A stretch of 64,000 bases of DNA from an uncultured Nitrososphaerota archaeon (GTDB taxonomy: Archaea; Thermoproteota; Nitrososphaeria; Nitrososphaerales; Nitrosopumilaceae): contig CAWGPD010000003.1 of NCBI GenBank assembly GCA_963824385.1, positions 32,001 through 96,000 of the forward strand, given 5' to 3'. This document shows positions 10,721 to 20,395 of this stretch, piece after piece. Positions within the stretch are counted from its first letter, which is position 1; every line of letters begins with the position of its first letter. A program made the translations under genes and the position numbers. The notes under the pieces were generated by a model. The model was given only the letters and a program-made list of their open reading frames with translations. It was not told the origin of the DNA and searched no databases.

Positions 10721-11137
10721 TTAAGTTACAGTAATTTCATGAGTAAGCATTGGAGCAAGTGGATTGATGTCTTGCAAATTATCCCAAACAAAAATTTCAA
10801 TTTTATAATCTCCTCTTGTATGTGGTGTCCATGAAAGTGCTGCTTCAAGAGTCTGATTTTTTACAATAGATCCAGTGGCATAATTTAGATCAGATATTGC
10901 ATCATCTGAATTAACTACCTTTACTATGTATGCCCAATCTATGTTCTTATCACTTGAATTCTTTAAAGAAGTTTGTAAGTTAAGCTGCTGATCAACAACA
11001 GGAGATGTGATATCTTCCCCAAGAGAATTTACTATTCTGAAATCTGTTGTTGAAATCTCCTGATATCCATAAGCGGAACTAATTCCAATCATCGCTATTC
11101 CGAAAACTATGAACAGTAAAAACTTCAATGCGTCCAA
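10721..11137 (-). CDS. secreted hypothetical protein (Ig-like beta-sandwich, inferred)
   Basis: signal peptide ending SAYG; 'LSWTP...GDYKIEIFVW' motif typical of AOA surface domains. Confidence 0.7.
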   Translation of the reverse strand: MDALKFLLFIVFGIAMIGISSAYGYQEISTTDFRIVNSLGEDITSPVVDQQLNLQTSLKNSSDKNIDWAYIVKVVNSDDAISDLNYATGSIVKNQTLEAALSWTPHTRGDYKIEIFVWDNLQDINPLAPMLTHEITVT

Positions 11138-11181
11138 TTTTTCATTCTTAGATTTAAATTATCCCAAATCATACTTGATGT

Positions 11182-11466
11182 ATGTCCGAATCTAGAGACA
11201 TAATCTACATAGGAAAGAAGCCTCTGATGGCGTATGTTACTTCTGCGCTCATACAGTTGGCAAATCAACCAAAAATATCAATCAAGGCAAGAGGACTTAG
11301 TATCGGCGCTGCAGTCGACGTAGCACAAATTATTGCGCGAAAGACAGAAAATGCAGGCTTTGCCGTGGGAAACATCACAATAGGCTCAGAACCAATGCAA
11401 TCACAAGATGGACGCACTAGAAATGTTTCTACTATAGAAATAGAAGTAAAGAGAACAAACTCTTAG
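11182..11466 (+). CDS. alba: Alba DNA/RNA-binding protein
   Basis: IYIGKKPLMAYV, KARG, RNVSTIEI. Confidence 0.95.
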   Translation: MSESRDIIYIGKKPLMAYVTSALIQLANQPKISIKARGLSIGAAVDVAQIIARKTENAGFAVGNITIGSEPMQSQDGRTRNVSTIEIEVKRTNS

Positions 11467-11503
11467 ATAGGATACCTTGAAAGACTCTTTTCTTTTTTGT
11501 TAA

Positions 11504-12364
11504 TTATTTTGTCGAATACTTGTTTTCCATCTTTTTGAATTTTGTAAGATCTACAATATCGTTAAACTCGTCAAAATTAACAAGAGATTCTTTAAACTTT
11601 ATAGTTGTTCCAGACTTTTTTAATTCTTTTAGAATCTTTAATGTTGCAAATGTGTTTGCATAAAGCACCGATAACGGATATAAAATTAGATTAAATCCCA
11701 TCTTATGCAGTTCATTGGATGAAAGAACAGGTGTCGCTCCACCCTCTATCATATTTGCAACCAAGGGAGCTTTAATCGATTTTCCTATTTTCTTCATCTC
11801 ATCAATTGATTTTGGAGCTTCAACAAAAATTGCATCTGCTCCAATTTCTTTATACAGTAAACCTCTTTCTATTGCAGCATCAATACCTTCAGTAGCTCTG
11901 GCATCTGTCCTTGCAACAATTATAAAATCTTTACTTTTTCTAGCATCAACTGCAGCACGAAGTTTTTCAACATATTCTTCTTTTGGAATTACTTCTTTAC
12001 CGGACATATGTCCGCATCTTTTTGGCCATTTCTGATCTTCAAGAAATATTCCAGATGCTCCAACTGCCTCTAATTCATTTACAAGTTTCCATACACTCAA
12101 TGGATTTCCATAACCTGTGTCTGCATCTACTATAACTGGAACAGAGACTGATTTGCATATTCTTGTTGCATTTTCAATTGTCTCTTTAGATCCGATGAAA
12201 CCATAATCTGGCATACCAAGAAGTGCTGCAGATGTTCCATATCCTGTTTGAAACATTGCTTCAAAACCTACTTTCTGGGCTATTCTTGCAGTTATTGCAT
12301 CGTATACTCCTGGAAAAACAAGAGGTTTTGATTTGTCTAATAATAATTTTCTAATGTTTTTCAA
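11504..12364 (-). CDS. isocitrate lyase/PEP mutase family (2-methylisocitrate lyase-like)
   Basis: DADTGYG, EDQ, KRCGH, ARTDA. Confidence 0.9.
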   Translation of the reverse strand: MKNIRKLLLDKSKPLVFPGVYDAITARIAQKVGFEAMFQTGYGTSAALLGMPDYGFIGSKETIENATRICKSVSVPVIVDADTGYGNPLSVWKLVNELEAVGASGIFLEDQKWPKRCGHMSGKEVIPKEEYVEKLRAAVDARKSKDFIIVARTDARATEGIDAAIERGLLYKEIGADAIFVEAPKSIDEMKKIGKSIKAPLVANMIEGGATPVLSSNELHKMGFNLILYPLSVLYANTFATLKILKELKKSGTTIKFKESLVNFDEFNDIVDLTKFKKMENKYSTK

Positions 12365-12511
12365 CTGTGACTATAATGTTCTACAATTATTTATTACTTG
12401 GTCGAACTTCCATTTTTTCATATTCCTAGATAACACAGAGAATTATGTATCAAGAGGGTGTAGATTCTTCACAAGACATATTTATGAAGCCTGAAAAGTA
12501 GAATTCGAATA

Positions 12512-14224
12512 ATGGTTAACAGCATAGAGCTTGATCTCTTGATAGTAGGTTCTGGTCTTGCTGGTCTTAGGGCCGCAATTCAAGCAGCTAAAGTTAGTTC
12601 AAAGTTAAAGATAGGAGTAATTTCAAAGCTTCAAGTTATGCGTTCACATTCTGTATCTGCCGAAGGTGGAACAGCAGCTGTTCTATATCCTGAAGATGGA
12701 GATTCTATTGAATCTCATGTTTATGATACTGTTAAGGGAAGTGACTTTCTTGGGGATCAGGATGTCATTGAAAGACTTGTACAGGAAATGCCATCTGAAA
12801 TATACCAGCTTGAACATTGGGGAATGCCTTGGTCAAGAAGAGAGGATGGAAGAATTGGTCAAAGGCCATTTGGAGGTTATAGCTTTAGCCGAGCAACATA
12901 TGCTCAGGATAAAGTTGGATTCTATGAGATGCAGACTCTTTATGACACTTGTCAGAAATTTGATAACATAGAATTTTACAATGAATGGTTTGTTACATCT
13001 GTGGTCCATGACGGTCAGAGTTTCTGTGGTATTACAGCAATCGAACTTTCAAGTGGTAATTTCTACATATTCAAGGCAAAAGCGCTAATCATTGCAACTG
13101 GTGGAGCAGGACGAGTTTATAGTTTCTCAACTTATTCATTAGCTTCAACTCCTGATGGTTTGGACATGGCGTATCGTGCAGGAATGGCATTGAAAGACAT
13201 GGAATTTGTTCAGTTTCATCCAACTGGGATATTGCCATCTGGAATTCTAATTACAGAAGCTGCTAGAGGTGAGGGAGGTTATCTGATTAACAAGGATGGT
13301 GAGCGATTTATGAAAAAATACGCACCAAACAAACTTGAACTTGCATCAAGAGATGTTGTTTCGCGTGCAATGATGACAGAAATTAACGAAGGTAGAGGAT
13401 TCAAAAATGAGACTGGAGTAGAATGTCTAAAATTAGATTTAACACATCTTGGCAAAGAAGTAATTATAGGAAAACTTCCTGCCATCCGAGAGATATCGCT
13501 AAAATTCTCTGGTATAGATCCAGTAACTGAACCAATTGATGTAAGACCTGTATGTCACTATATGATGGGTGGAATTCATACAAACATAGACGGTGCAACA
13601 GAAATCCAAGGAATATGGGCAGCTGGCGAAGCTGCATGTAACAGTGTTCATGGCGCAAATAGATTAGGAGCAAACTCAACATCTGAATGTCTTGTTTGGG
13701 GAAAGATAACAGGAGATCTGGCTGCAAAATATGTTCTTGAAGGTAAATCACAACCGCCATTTCCAATGCACTTGATTGCTGCAGAAGAAAAGAGAATCTA
13801 TGATGGAATTTTCAGAGGAAGTGGAAGTGTAAACCCGTATGAAGTACGTCAAGAGTTAACTGATATTATGACTTCCAAAGCTTACGTCTATAGGACTGAA
13901 AGTAACCTAGTTGAAGGATTAAAACAAGTACGACAATTACACCAAAAAACTTGGAAGCATGTGGATGATAAAGCTAAAGAGTATAACACTAACTTTTCAA
14001 ATGTCATGGAACTTGATTCAATGTTTCGTGTAGCTGAAGTTATTCTAATGGGTGCAATTGCAAGAAAGGAATCTAGAGGTGCTCATGCAAGAGTTGATTA
14101 TCCTGATAGGGATGATAAGAACTTCTTACATCATACGCTTGTTTACTATGACACAAAGGAACCTGTTCTTAAGACACATCCAGTAACTATTACTAAATAC
14201 AAGCCAGTGGAGAGGAAATACTAG
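12512..14224 (+). CDS. sdhA: succinate dehydrogenase flavoprotein subunit
   Basis: RSHSVSAEGG FAD-His motif, QFHPTG, HGANRLG, ESRGAH. Confidence 0.97.
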   Translation: MVNSIELDLLIVGSGLAGLRAAIQAAKVSSKLKIGVISKLQVMRSHSVSAEGGTAAVLYPEDGDSIESHVYDTVKGSDFLGDQDVIERLVQEMPSEIYQLEHWGMPWSRREDGRIGQRPFGGYSFSRATYAQDKVGFYEMQTLYDTCQKFDNIEFYNEWFVTSVVHDGQSFCGITAIELSSGNFYIFKAKALIIATGGAGRVYSFSTYSLASTPDGLDMAYRAGMALKDMEFVQFHPTGILPSGILITEAARGEGGYLINKDGERFMKKYAPNKLELASRDVVSRAMMTEINEGRGFKNETGVECLKLDLTHLGKEVIIGKLPAIREISLKFSGIDPVTEPIDVRPVCHYMMGGIHTNIDGATEIQGIWAAGEAACNSVHGANRLGANSTSECLVWGKITGDLAAKYVLEGKSQPPFPMHLIAAEEKRIYDGIFRGSGSVNPYEVRQELTDIMTSKAYVYRTESNLVEGLKQVRQLHQKTWKHVDDKAKEYNTNFSNVMELDSMFRVAEVILMGAIARKESRGAHARVDYPDRDDKNFLHHTLVYYDTKEPVLKTHPVTITKYKPVERKY

Positions 14225-14658
14225 TGACAGAAAGATTGTCAAACCGTGAAGGCATAAAGGGAATGGCAAATCCTACTCGATATGGAATAGAACGAGTCGC
14301 ATATTGGCTACAGAGACTCACTGGACTTGGTTTACTTGCTTATTTGATAGGGCATATTATAGAAACAAGCACAATTGTTCATGGAAAAGTTGCATGGGAT
14401 AAAATGTTAGAATTTACACAGACACCGCAAGGGCATATCATCCTTACACTAGTCATTGGCATGTGTGTTTTTCACACTGCAAATGGAATTAGAGTAATGC
14501 TTGGTCATGGAGGTATAGGAGTTGGAAAACCTGGACAACCAGAATATCCATACAAAGCATCATCATTAAACTATAAACAAAGACTTTGCATCTGGGTCTC
14601 TATCGGACTTGCAGCTCTTGCCATGATGTACGGTGCATCAGTTCTATTTGGTGATTAA
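14224..14658 (+). CDS. sdhC: succinate dehydrogenase cytochrome b subunit
   Basis: QRLTG, FHTANGIR; operon position. Confidence 0.88.
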   Translation: MTERLSNREGIKGMANPTRYGIERVAYWLQRLTGLGLLAYLIGHIIETSTIVHGKVAWDKMLEFTQTPQGHIILTLVIGMCVFHTANGIRVMLGHGGIGVGKPGQPEYPYKASSLNYKQRLCIWVSIGLAALAMMYGASVLFGD

Positions 14659-14659
14659 G

Positions 14660-15004
14660 ATGCGAGAAAGTATTATCATGAAAATACATTATGGAACAGC
14701 ATTAGGAGCTGTAGTACTTGTAGCTGTGCACATCTTAATGAGGATGACACAAAACTTTAGTCAGTCATTACAATATCAAAATGTAATTGCAAATTATCAC
14801 TTTTTACCATATGCGTTAATGCTCGAAGCTGTATTGATACTGTTATCTGTACATGGTTTTAATGGTCTGCGAGTAATTCTTTTGGAGCTAAAACAAGGAT
14901 CAGGTTATGAAAAAATGGTCAACTATGGATCTCTTGCATCTATGGTGATTTTGATTGCTTATGGCTCAAGAACTATATTGATGGCGGGAATGGGGGTTTC
15001 TTAG
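14660..15004 (+). CDS. sdhD: succinate dehydrogenase membrane anchor subunit
   Basis: three TM segments, HGFNGLR; ATG at 14660 just after the sdhC stop. Confidence 0.85.
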   Translation: MRESIIMKIHYGTALGAVVLVAVHILMRMTQNFSQSLQYQNVIANYHFLPYALMLEAVLILLSVHGFNGLRVILLELKQGSGYEKMVNYGSLASMVILIAYGSRTILMAGMGVS

Positions 15005-15006
15005 AC

Positions 15007-15786
15007 ATGGCAGTTGTAACAGAACCTACACCATCCGAAGAATTAATCACAATTAAAAAAACATCCGGTGAACTAGACACTATAACTCTAAGAATAGCAA
15101 GATCCAATCCTGCAGAAGGACATGAGACCACCTACTCTGAATTCAAGGTTCCAGTAAAGAAATGGACTACAGTTCTAGAAGCAATCTTGTACGTAAAACA
15201 AAATCTTGATCATGCTGTAGCAGTAAGGTACTCTTGTAGACAAGCATCCTGTGGTTCTTGTGGTATGAAGATTAATGGAAAACCTTCACTTGCTTGTTAC
15301 ACAAAGGTTTCAGAATTACACTCAAACGTTATCACAGTTGAACCTATGAATAATTTTCCAATAATTAGGGATCTTGCAGTTGACTTTAAACAACTAATCT
15401 CAAACCATAAAAAAATGAAGCCATTTATTATAAGAGAAGATTCCGAAGTAACACCTGGAACTAAAGAATTTAATCAAACTCCAAAGGACCTTGAAAAATT
15501 TCTCCAGTTCTCATACTGTATCAAGTGTGGTTTGTGTAACTCTGCATGTCCAACAATGGCTACCGATACCTCATTTATTGGTCCACAGGGACTTGCACAG
15601 GCCTACAGATACGTAGCAGATAACCGAGATAAAGGAAAAGAGGAAAGGCTGAAAATCGTAGATACTTCTCATGGAATCTGGCGATGTCACTTTTCTGGAT
15701 CTTGTAGTCACGTTTGTCCAAAAGGTGTTGATCCTGCAATGGCAATACAATTGCTTAGAGGATACATGTTAGGATTTCAAAAATAA
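15007..15786 (+). CDS. sdhB: succinate dehydrogenase iron-sulfur subunit
   Basis: SCRQASCGSC, CIKCGLCNSACP, CHFSGSCSHVCP. Confidence 0.97.
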   Translation: MAVVTEPTPSEELITIKKTSGELDTITLRIARSNPAEGHETTYSEFKVPVKKWTTVLEAILYVKQNLDHAVAVRYSCRQASCGSCGMKINGKPSLACYTKVSELHSNVITVEPMNNFPIIRDLAVDFKQLISNHKKMKPFIIREDSEVTPGTKEFNQTPKDLEKFLQFSYCIKCGLCNSACPTMATDTSFIGPQGLAQAYRYVADNRDKGKEERLKIVDTSHGIWRCHFSGSCSHVCPKGVDPAMAIQLLRGYMLGFQK

Positions 15787-15790
15787 TATT

Positions 15791-16111
15791 TTAAGGCTTT
15801 TTAGGATTCTTACTAGAGTTGACTTGATTGTTTATGGCTTCTGCCATGAAATGATTTGAAACGTTTACTTTTACATCATCAATACCGTCTATCTTGAGCA
15901 AATAGTCGTGTACATCTTGTGCAATCTTGAATCCAAATATTGCTGGACAAAAAGGACTTGTCAAATGTATGTCAATTTTAACTTCAGGTCCAATAATGTC
16001 AATATTGTCTACTAGTTCAAGCTCCATTATCGAGACATTAATTTCTGGATCAACTACTTTAGTTAGTTCATCAAAAATTTGTCTTCTCAGGTCTTGAGAT
16101 GCCTGTGACAT
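15791..16111 (-). CDS. DUF59/SufT/MIP18-like Fe-S assembly protein
   Basis: VVDPEI and LTSPFCP motifs. Confidence 0.9.
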   Translation of the reverse strand: MSQASQDLRRQIFDELTKVVDPEINVSIMELELVDNIDIIGPEVKIDIHLTSPFCPAIFGFKIAQDVHDYLLKIDGIDDVKVNVSNHFMAEAINNQVNSSKNPKKP

Positions 16112-16158
16112 AAATAAAAAAAGCGTCTACGCTATATATAACCATTCTAATTCTTAAA

Positions 16159-17631
16159 TTGGTGTACAGATCAAGATTAGAAGGGAAATTGGATGAAAAC
16201 ACTTTAGAATTTCTCTCGTCAATCTCTGATGATTTTCAAATTGCCTTGTATGATATTCTAGGAAGCCAAGCTCACACTTTGATGCTTTTAGAAAATAAAA
16301 TTATTACAAAACCAGAAGCAACAAAAATTCTCAGTGCCCTTGAGAAACTCAAAAAAGAAGAATTTTCTGAGAAATCTGAATCTGAAGATATTCATGAACT
16401 AATCGAATCTTTAGTGATTAAAAAAGCAGGAAAAGAATCTGGGGGAAAAATGCATACTGCACGCTCAAGAAATGACCAAGTTACACTTGACATACGTATG
16501 AAGATACGTGATGATATCAATATCATCTGTTTTTGTCTAAATGAAGTCATTTCTACGCTAATACAACTAGCAGAAAAGTATCAAAATACCATAATGCCTC
16601 TGTATACTCATCTCCAGCAAGCCCAAGTGGGATTATTCTCTCACTTTCTTCTTGCATATGCAGACGCACTTTTCCGCGATCTTGATAGATTCTATGTGAC
16701 GTATGGTCGCGTCAATGAGTCACCTCTTGGTGCAGGCCCAGTTGGTGGAACGAGTATTCCAATTGATAGGCAATCTACTGCAAAAATGCTTGGATTCAAA
16801 GGACTAGTAGAGAACTCAATTGACGCAACTTCATCACGAGACTTTGTTGCAGAATACGTCGGAAACTGTTCCATCCTAATGACAAACTTGAGTAGAATGG
16901 CAGAAGATTTTATCATATGGTCTACCTCTGAATTTTCTTTTCTTGAATTGTCAGATAAATTTACATCTACATCTAGTGTTATGCCACAAAAGAAAAATCC
17001 TGATATTCTTGAGCTAATCCGTGGTAAAACCGCTCAAGTAATAGGATATCAAATGGCTATCTTGTCAAATCTAAAGGGATTACCATCTGGATACAACCGA
17101 GATCTTCAACAAATCAAAGTTTCTATCTGGCCAACTTCTAAGATAATTATATCATCATTACTTGTAGTAAATTCTCTTCTTAAAACTATGAATGTAAATG
17201 AGAAAAAACTAAGACAAGCAATAGACAAAGGATTTTCTATATCACTTGATATTGCAGAACATCTGGTACGAAAAGGAATACCCTTTAGAGTGTCACACAA
17301 AATAGTTGGGCATCTAGTCCAATTAGCTGTAAATTCAAAAAAATCTTTATCACTACTATCTTTGTCAGAAATAAAAAAAACAATTCCATCCAAAGAAATT
17401 GATGCAAAAGAACTCTACAAAATTATCCAGGCAACAACTCCTGAATCATCATTAGATACTAGAAGGTCGCAAGGATCTTCTGGCAAACATGAACAACAGA
17501 GAATGATTGCAGACAGGAAAAGAAAAATTCAGGCATATGTGGTTGGTACCACTAAGAGAACAAACGAAGTAAGGGCTGCAATAGAATACCTTGAAAGTAA
17601 ATTACAAGTCTTGATAAGAAACAAAGCCTAA
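16159..17631 (+). CDS. argH: argininosuccinate lyase
   Basis: HTARSRNDQ, THLQQAQ, SSVMPQKKNPD, GYNRDLQ. Confidence 0.97.
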   Translation: MVYRSRLEGKLDENTLEFLSSISDDFQIALYDILGSQAHTLMLLENKIITKPEATKILSALEKLKKEEFSEKSESEDIHELIESLVIKKAGKESGGKMHTARSRNDQVTLDIRMKIRDDINIICFCLNEVISTLIQLAEKYQNTIMPLYTHLQQAQVGLFSHFLLAYADALFRDLDRFYVTYGRVNESPLGAGPVGGTSIPIDRQSTAKMLGFKGLVENSIDATSSRDFVAEYVGNCSILMTNLSRMAEDFIIWSTSEFSFLELSDKFTSTSSVMPQKKNPDILELIRGKTAQVIGYQMAILSNLKGLPSGYNRDLQQIKVSIWPTSKIIISSLLVVNSLLKTMNVNEKKLRQAIDKGFSISLDIAEHLVRKGIPFRVSHKIVGHLVQLAVNSKKSLSLLSLSEIKKTIPSKEIDAKELYKIIQATTPESSLDTRRSQGSSGKHEQQRMIADRKRKIQAYVVGTTKRTNEVRAAIEYLESKLQVLIRNKA

Positions 17632-17773
17632 AATATATCAGAAACATAGGAAAATCGAAATTTTTATAGGTAAAACTTGTAATTACTTGAATTTAATGTA
17701 GGAAATTTGACTTTAATATTTATTTTACTTAACATATGGGCAAATAACGAATTTTCGCGCATTACGTCTCAAC

Positions 17774-17986
17774 ATGTATCAATTCGTACAACCGCAATCA
17801 AACAACCCTAACTACACTGCGGGTCAAACATGGGGCGCACTCAAAAAAGCCTGGCGAGGATACAAAATCGCAAAGGTTCAGAGTGATAATCCCAGAATGG
17901 CCGAATATGCAAAGAAGATTAGAACACTTCAGCATGACTTGGGAATCAAGCAAGCAGAGTTTCCAGAACTGCATCTAAGTAGTTAG
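17774..17986 (+). CDS. small conserved hypothetical protein
   Basis: 70-aa ORF with an upstream AT-rich promoter region and downstream T-tract; basic helical composition. Confidence 0.75.
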   Translation: MYQFVQPQSNNPNYTAGQTWGALKKAWRGYKIAKVQSDNPRMAEYAKKIRTLQHDLGIKQAEFPELHLSS

Positions 17987-18063
17987 AAAACCTCTCTTTT
18001 TGAAGTTACATTCTAAACGAAAATGACATTTTTCATATCATAAATTAATTTGCTAATTTTAAG

Positions 18064-18137
18064 CGGGTTCGCGGGGATTCGGACCCCGGACAGCCGGATT
18101 AAAAGTCCGGTACTCTACCTGGCTGAGCTACGAACCC
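18064..18137 (-). tRNA. tRNA-Lys(UUU)
   Basis: reverse complement GGGTTCGTAGCTCAGCCAGGTAGAG...; anticodon arm CCGGA-CTTTTAA-TCCGG. Confidence 0.95.
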
Positions 18138-18236
18138 ATGACAAAACGTCATAGTTGTGTATAATTTAGTCTTTTACAAAATTTTTTGAAGAAAAGAAAG
18201 ACTTTAAACTCATATTTTCTTCCACAATATTTTAAC

Positions 18237-18346
18237 GCCCTTGTAGTATAGAGAGGATGCGGTTAATTCCAATCCTCGTAAAGCCCGGTCTAGAATGGGG
18301 CCCTGTCACGGCCTCGACGCGTGTTCAAATCCCGCCAAGGGCGCCA
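18237..18346 (+). tRNA. tRNA-Asp(GUC) with a 32-nt D-loop intron (18252-18283, position 15/16) and encoded CCA
   Basis: acceptor stem GCCCTTG/CAAGGGC; anticodon loop CTGTCAC; removing the insert restores GTATAG-CCCGGTCTAGAAT. Confidence 0.9.
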
Positions 18347-18371
18347 TAAATTTTTCTCAGAAATTAAAATC

Positions 18372-19184
18372 TCAAATCTTGGATGATAATCCAAGTTTTT
18401 TCATTATATCAACAAGTGTTTCCTTATTTGCAGCAGCTATGAATGAGATTCTCTTATCATAACTTAATTTCGAGTCAAGTGGCATACCGTTTTCATCAAC
18501 TACAAATCCACCAGCTTCTAAAGCTATTAGATATCCTGCTGCAACATCTGTTATCCTTAATTTCCTTCTAAGATCTACAAATACATCAACTAGTCCACGA
18601 GCAAATATTGCAAGTTCAAGAGCTACTGCTCCAAAATGCCTTACATGATTTGATGCTGCAAGAATTGGTGCTAATTGAGGTAGAGCCTCTGACGAAATTC
18701 CTGAAATGTCAACTCCCACAACAAAGTAAATCGGTTTGTCTTTGTGAACATGAATCTTTTTTCCATTTACATATGCACCGTTGCCTTTTGACGCAGAATA
18801 CAAATCTCCATTATGTAGATCCATGATTACTCCATCTGTGACAGAACTTAGATTATCCTCAGGTGCAAATGCAAGCGAACAGCAAAAGAAAGGTAATCCT
18901 CTTACTGCATTAGTAGAGCCATCAATGGCATCCATTATTACAAATCCTCTAGGATTTGGAGATAATTCGACCATGCCGCACTCTTCTCCAAAAACAGTAC
19001 ATTCAAAATTTATCTCTCGCAGATAATCCAAAACTGTCTTTTCTGCTACAATGTCAATTCGTCGTGATATGTCTCCACCTGCTCCCATTCCGTGGTCTGC
19101 ACCAGATTCCGCTGTTCCTGCAAGATCCTTTACATTGTTATGTACCCTCTTTGCAGCCTCTTCTAAAATTTCTATTACTTTCAC
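18372..19184 (-). CDS. inositol monophosphatase / FBPase class IV
   Basis: GEE, DAIDGSTN, DVAAGYLI motifs. Confidence 0.92.
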   Translation of the reverse strand: MKVIEILEEAAKRVHNNVKDLAGTAESGADHGMGAGGDISRRIDIVAEKTVLDYLREINFECTVFGEECGMVELSPNPRGFVIMDAIDGSTNAVRGLPFFCCSLAFAPEDNLSSVTDGVIMDLHNGDLYSASKGNGAYVNGKKIHVHKDKPIYFVVGVDISGISSEALPQLAPILAASNHVRHFGAVALELAIFARGLVDVFVDLRRKLRITDVAAGYLIALEAGGFVVDENGMPLDSKLSYDKRISFIAAANKETLVDIMKKLGLSSKI

Positions 19185-19258
19185 AAGTTTTTCTTTTCCA
19201 AGTCCTAATTTATTTTAAGTAATAAAAAAGTAGGCTTAATGCATAAATAGCAAAAAAG

Positions 19259-20389
19259 TTGTGCCATTGTGTGAGTAGTAAAGATGATTCTATTTTTAGC
19301 AAAGAGGCTCTTCTATCCACTAAACCAGGCAAGGACATAGTCAAGCAGGCATTATTCAAAAGCAAAGGATATAGATTATTTGACAAGTACAAGAAGGAAG
19401 CAGAAGATGAATTTCCAAAATTCACCAAAAGATTCACTGAAGATCTATTAAATGAGATCAAATCCGATCCTAATCCATTTGAAACTCAGGAAAAATTTTC
19501 CAAAGAAGTTGGCTCTACAGAGATTATTCTACAGAAATCGCAAATAGATGAGGTCAAAAAGAGACTAGAAAATTATGAGACTCTTCTAGATAGAGTCTCA
19601 AGAATTCTTAATTCTAACTTTGTTAAAATGACATTTCCAGTTTTTAGTGTGTTATATGATGCATCATCTCAATATTTTGGCGATGTCGAAGATGGTAAGA
19701 AAAAAACAGATATCATTGATGGTCATATCATCGCAATTGATCTAAGTGAACCAATGGATAGGATAATGGACAAAGACGAAGATGTAGAATTTCTAGACGA
19801 TTACAAGTTAATGAATCCATATATCTTGAAGCTTGCAAGAGACAAGATTTCTGTTGGTGGCAAAGAAGTTTTAGAAGAATTTGAGAGGGGTTTCAAAGAT
19901 GCACGAATCGGACAATATATTGATTTTAAATTAAAAATGAATCCTAAGAGTATATCTGAAGAAGAGATGATTTCGTGCTACAAAAAATATAGAGCAGTAA
20001 TGGGAACTGCAGGAAAAAATATGACTCTTGCAAGATTTCCACTTGGAGAAATTTTCTATCTTGGAATGGCAAAAGCTGCAGAATCAGTTGGATGTGGAAA
20101 TGAAATTGAAGATTCTATAAAAAATAAATTTGTAAAAGTTCCTTCCTGGCCTCTATATTACACATTTCTTACAGGTGATGTTCAAAAAGGATTTGATTTT
20201 ACAATGAAAAAAAGTGACATTTACCTAAGTGAGGCACGACTTGCTTTGGAACTATTGCCAGAAAGTTTCTCACACAAAGATTTTCTTGAGTTTCTCTTTT
20301 TAACAGTAGAGCATTACAATCTGTATTGGTTTAATCAACTTTCAAAAGAAAAATTATGGAAAGAATTTGAATCCAAAATTCCAAAGTGA
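19259..20389 (+). CDS. conserved hypothetical protein (start probably GTG 19271)
   Basis: long ORF with typical codon usage; first gene of the run leading to rfcL and acc. Confidence 0.8.
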   Translation: MCHCVSSKDDSIFSKEALLSTKPGKDIVKQALFKSKGYRLFDKYKKEAEDEFPKFTKRFTEDLLNEIKSDPNPFETQEKFSKEVGSTEIILQKSQIDEVKKRLENYETLLDRVSRILNSNFVKMTFPVFSVLYDASSQYFGDVEDGKKKTDIIDGHIIAIDLSEPMDRIMDKDEDVEFLDDYKLMNPYILKLARDKISVGGKEVLEEFERGFKDARIGQYIDFKLKMNPKSISEEEMISCYKKYRAVMGTAGKNMTLARFPLGEIFYLGMAKAAESVGCGNEIEDSIKNKFVKVPSWPLYYTFLTGDVQKGFDFTMKKSDIYLSEARLALELLPESFSHKDFLEFLFLTVEHYNLYWFNQLSKEKLWKEFESKIPK

Positions 20390-20395
20390 TTTGAA

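Noticed and set aside
10634..10834. 66-aa + strand ORF
   Set aside because: Overlaps tRNA-Ala and the antisense strand of a real gene
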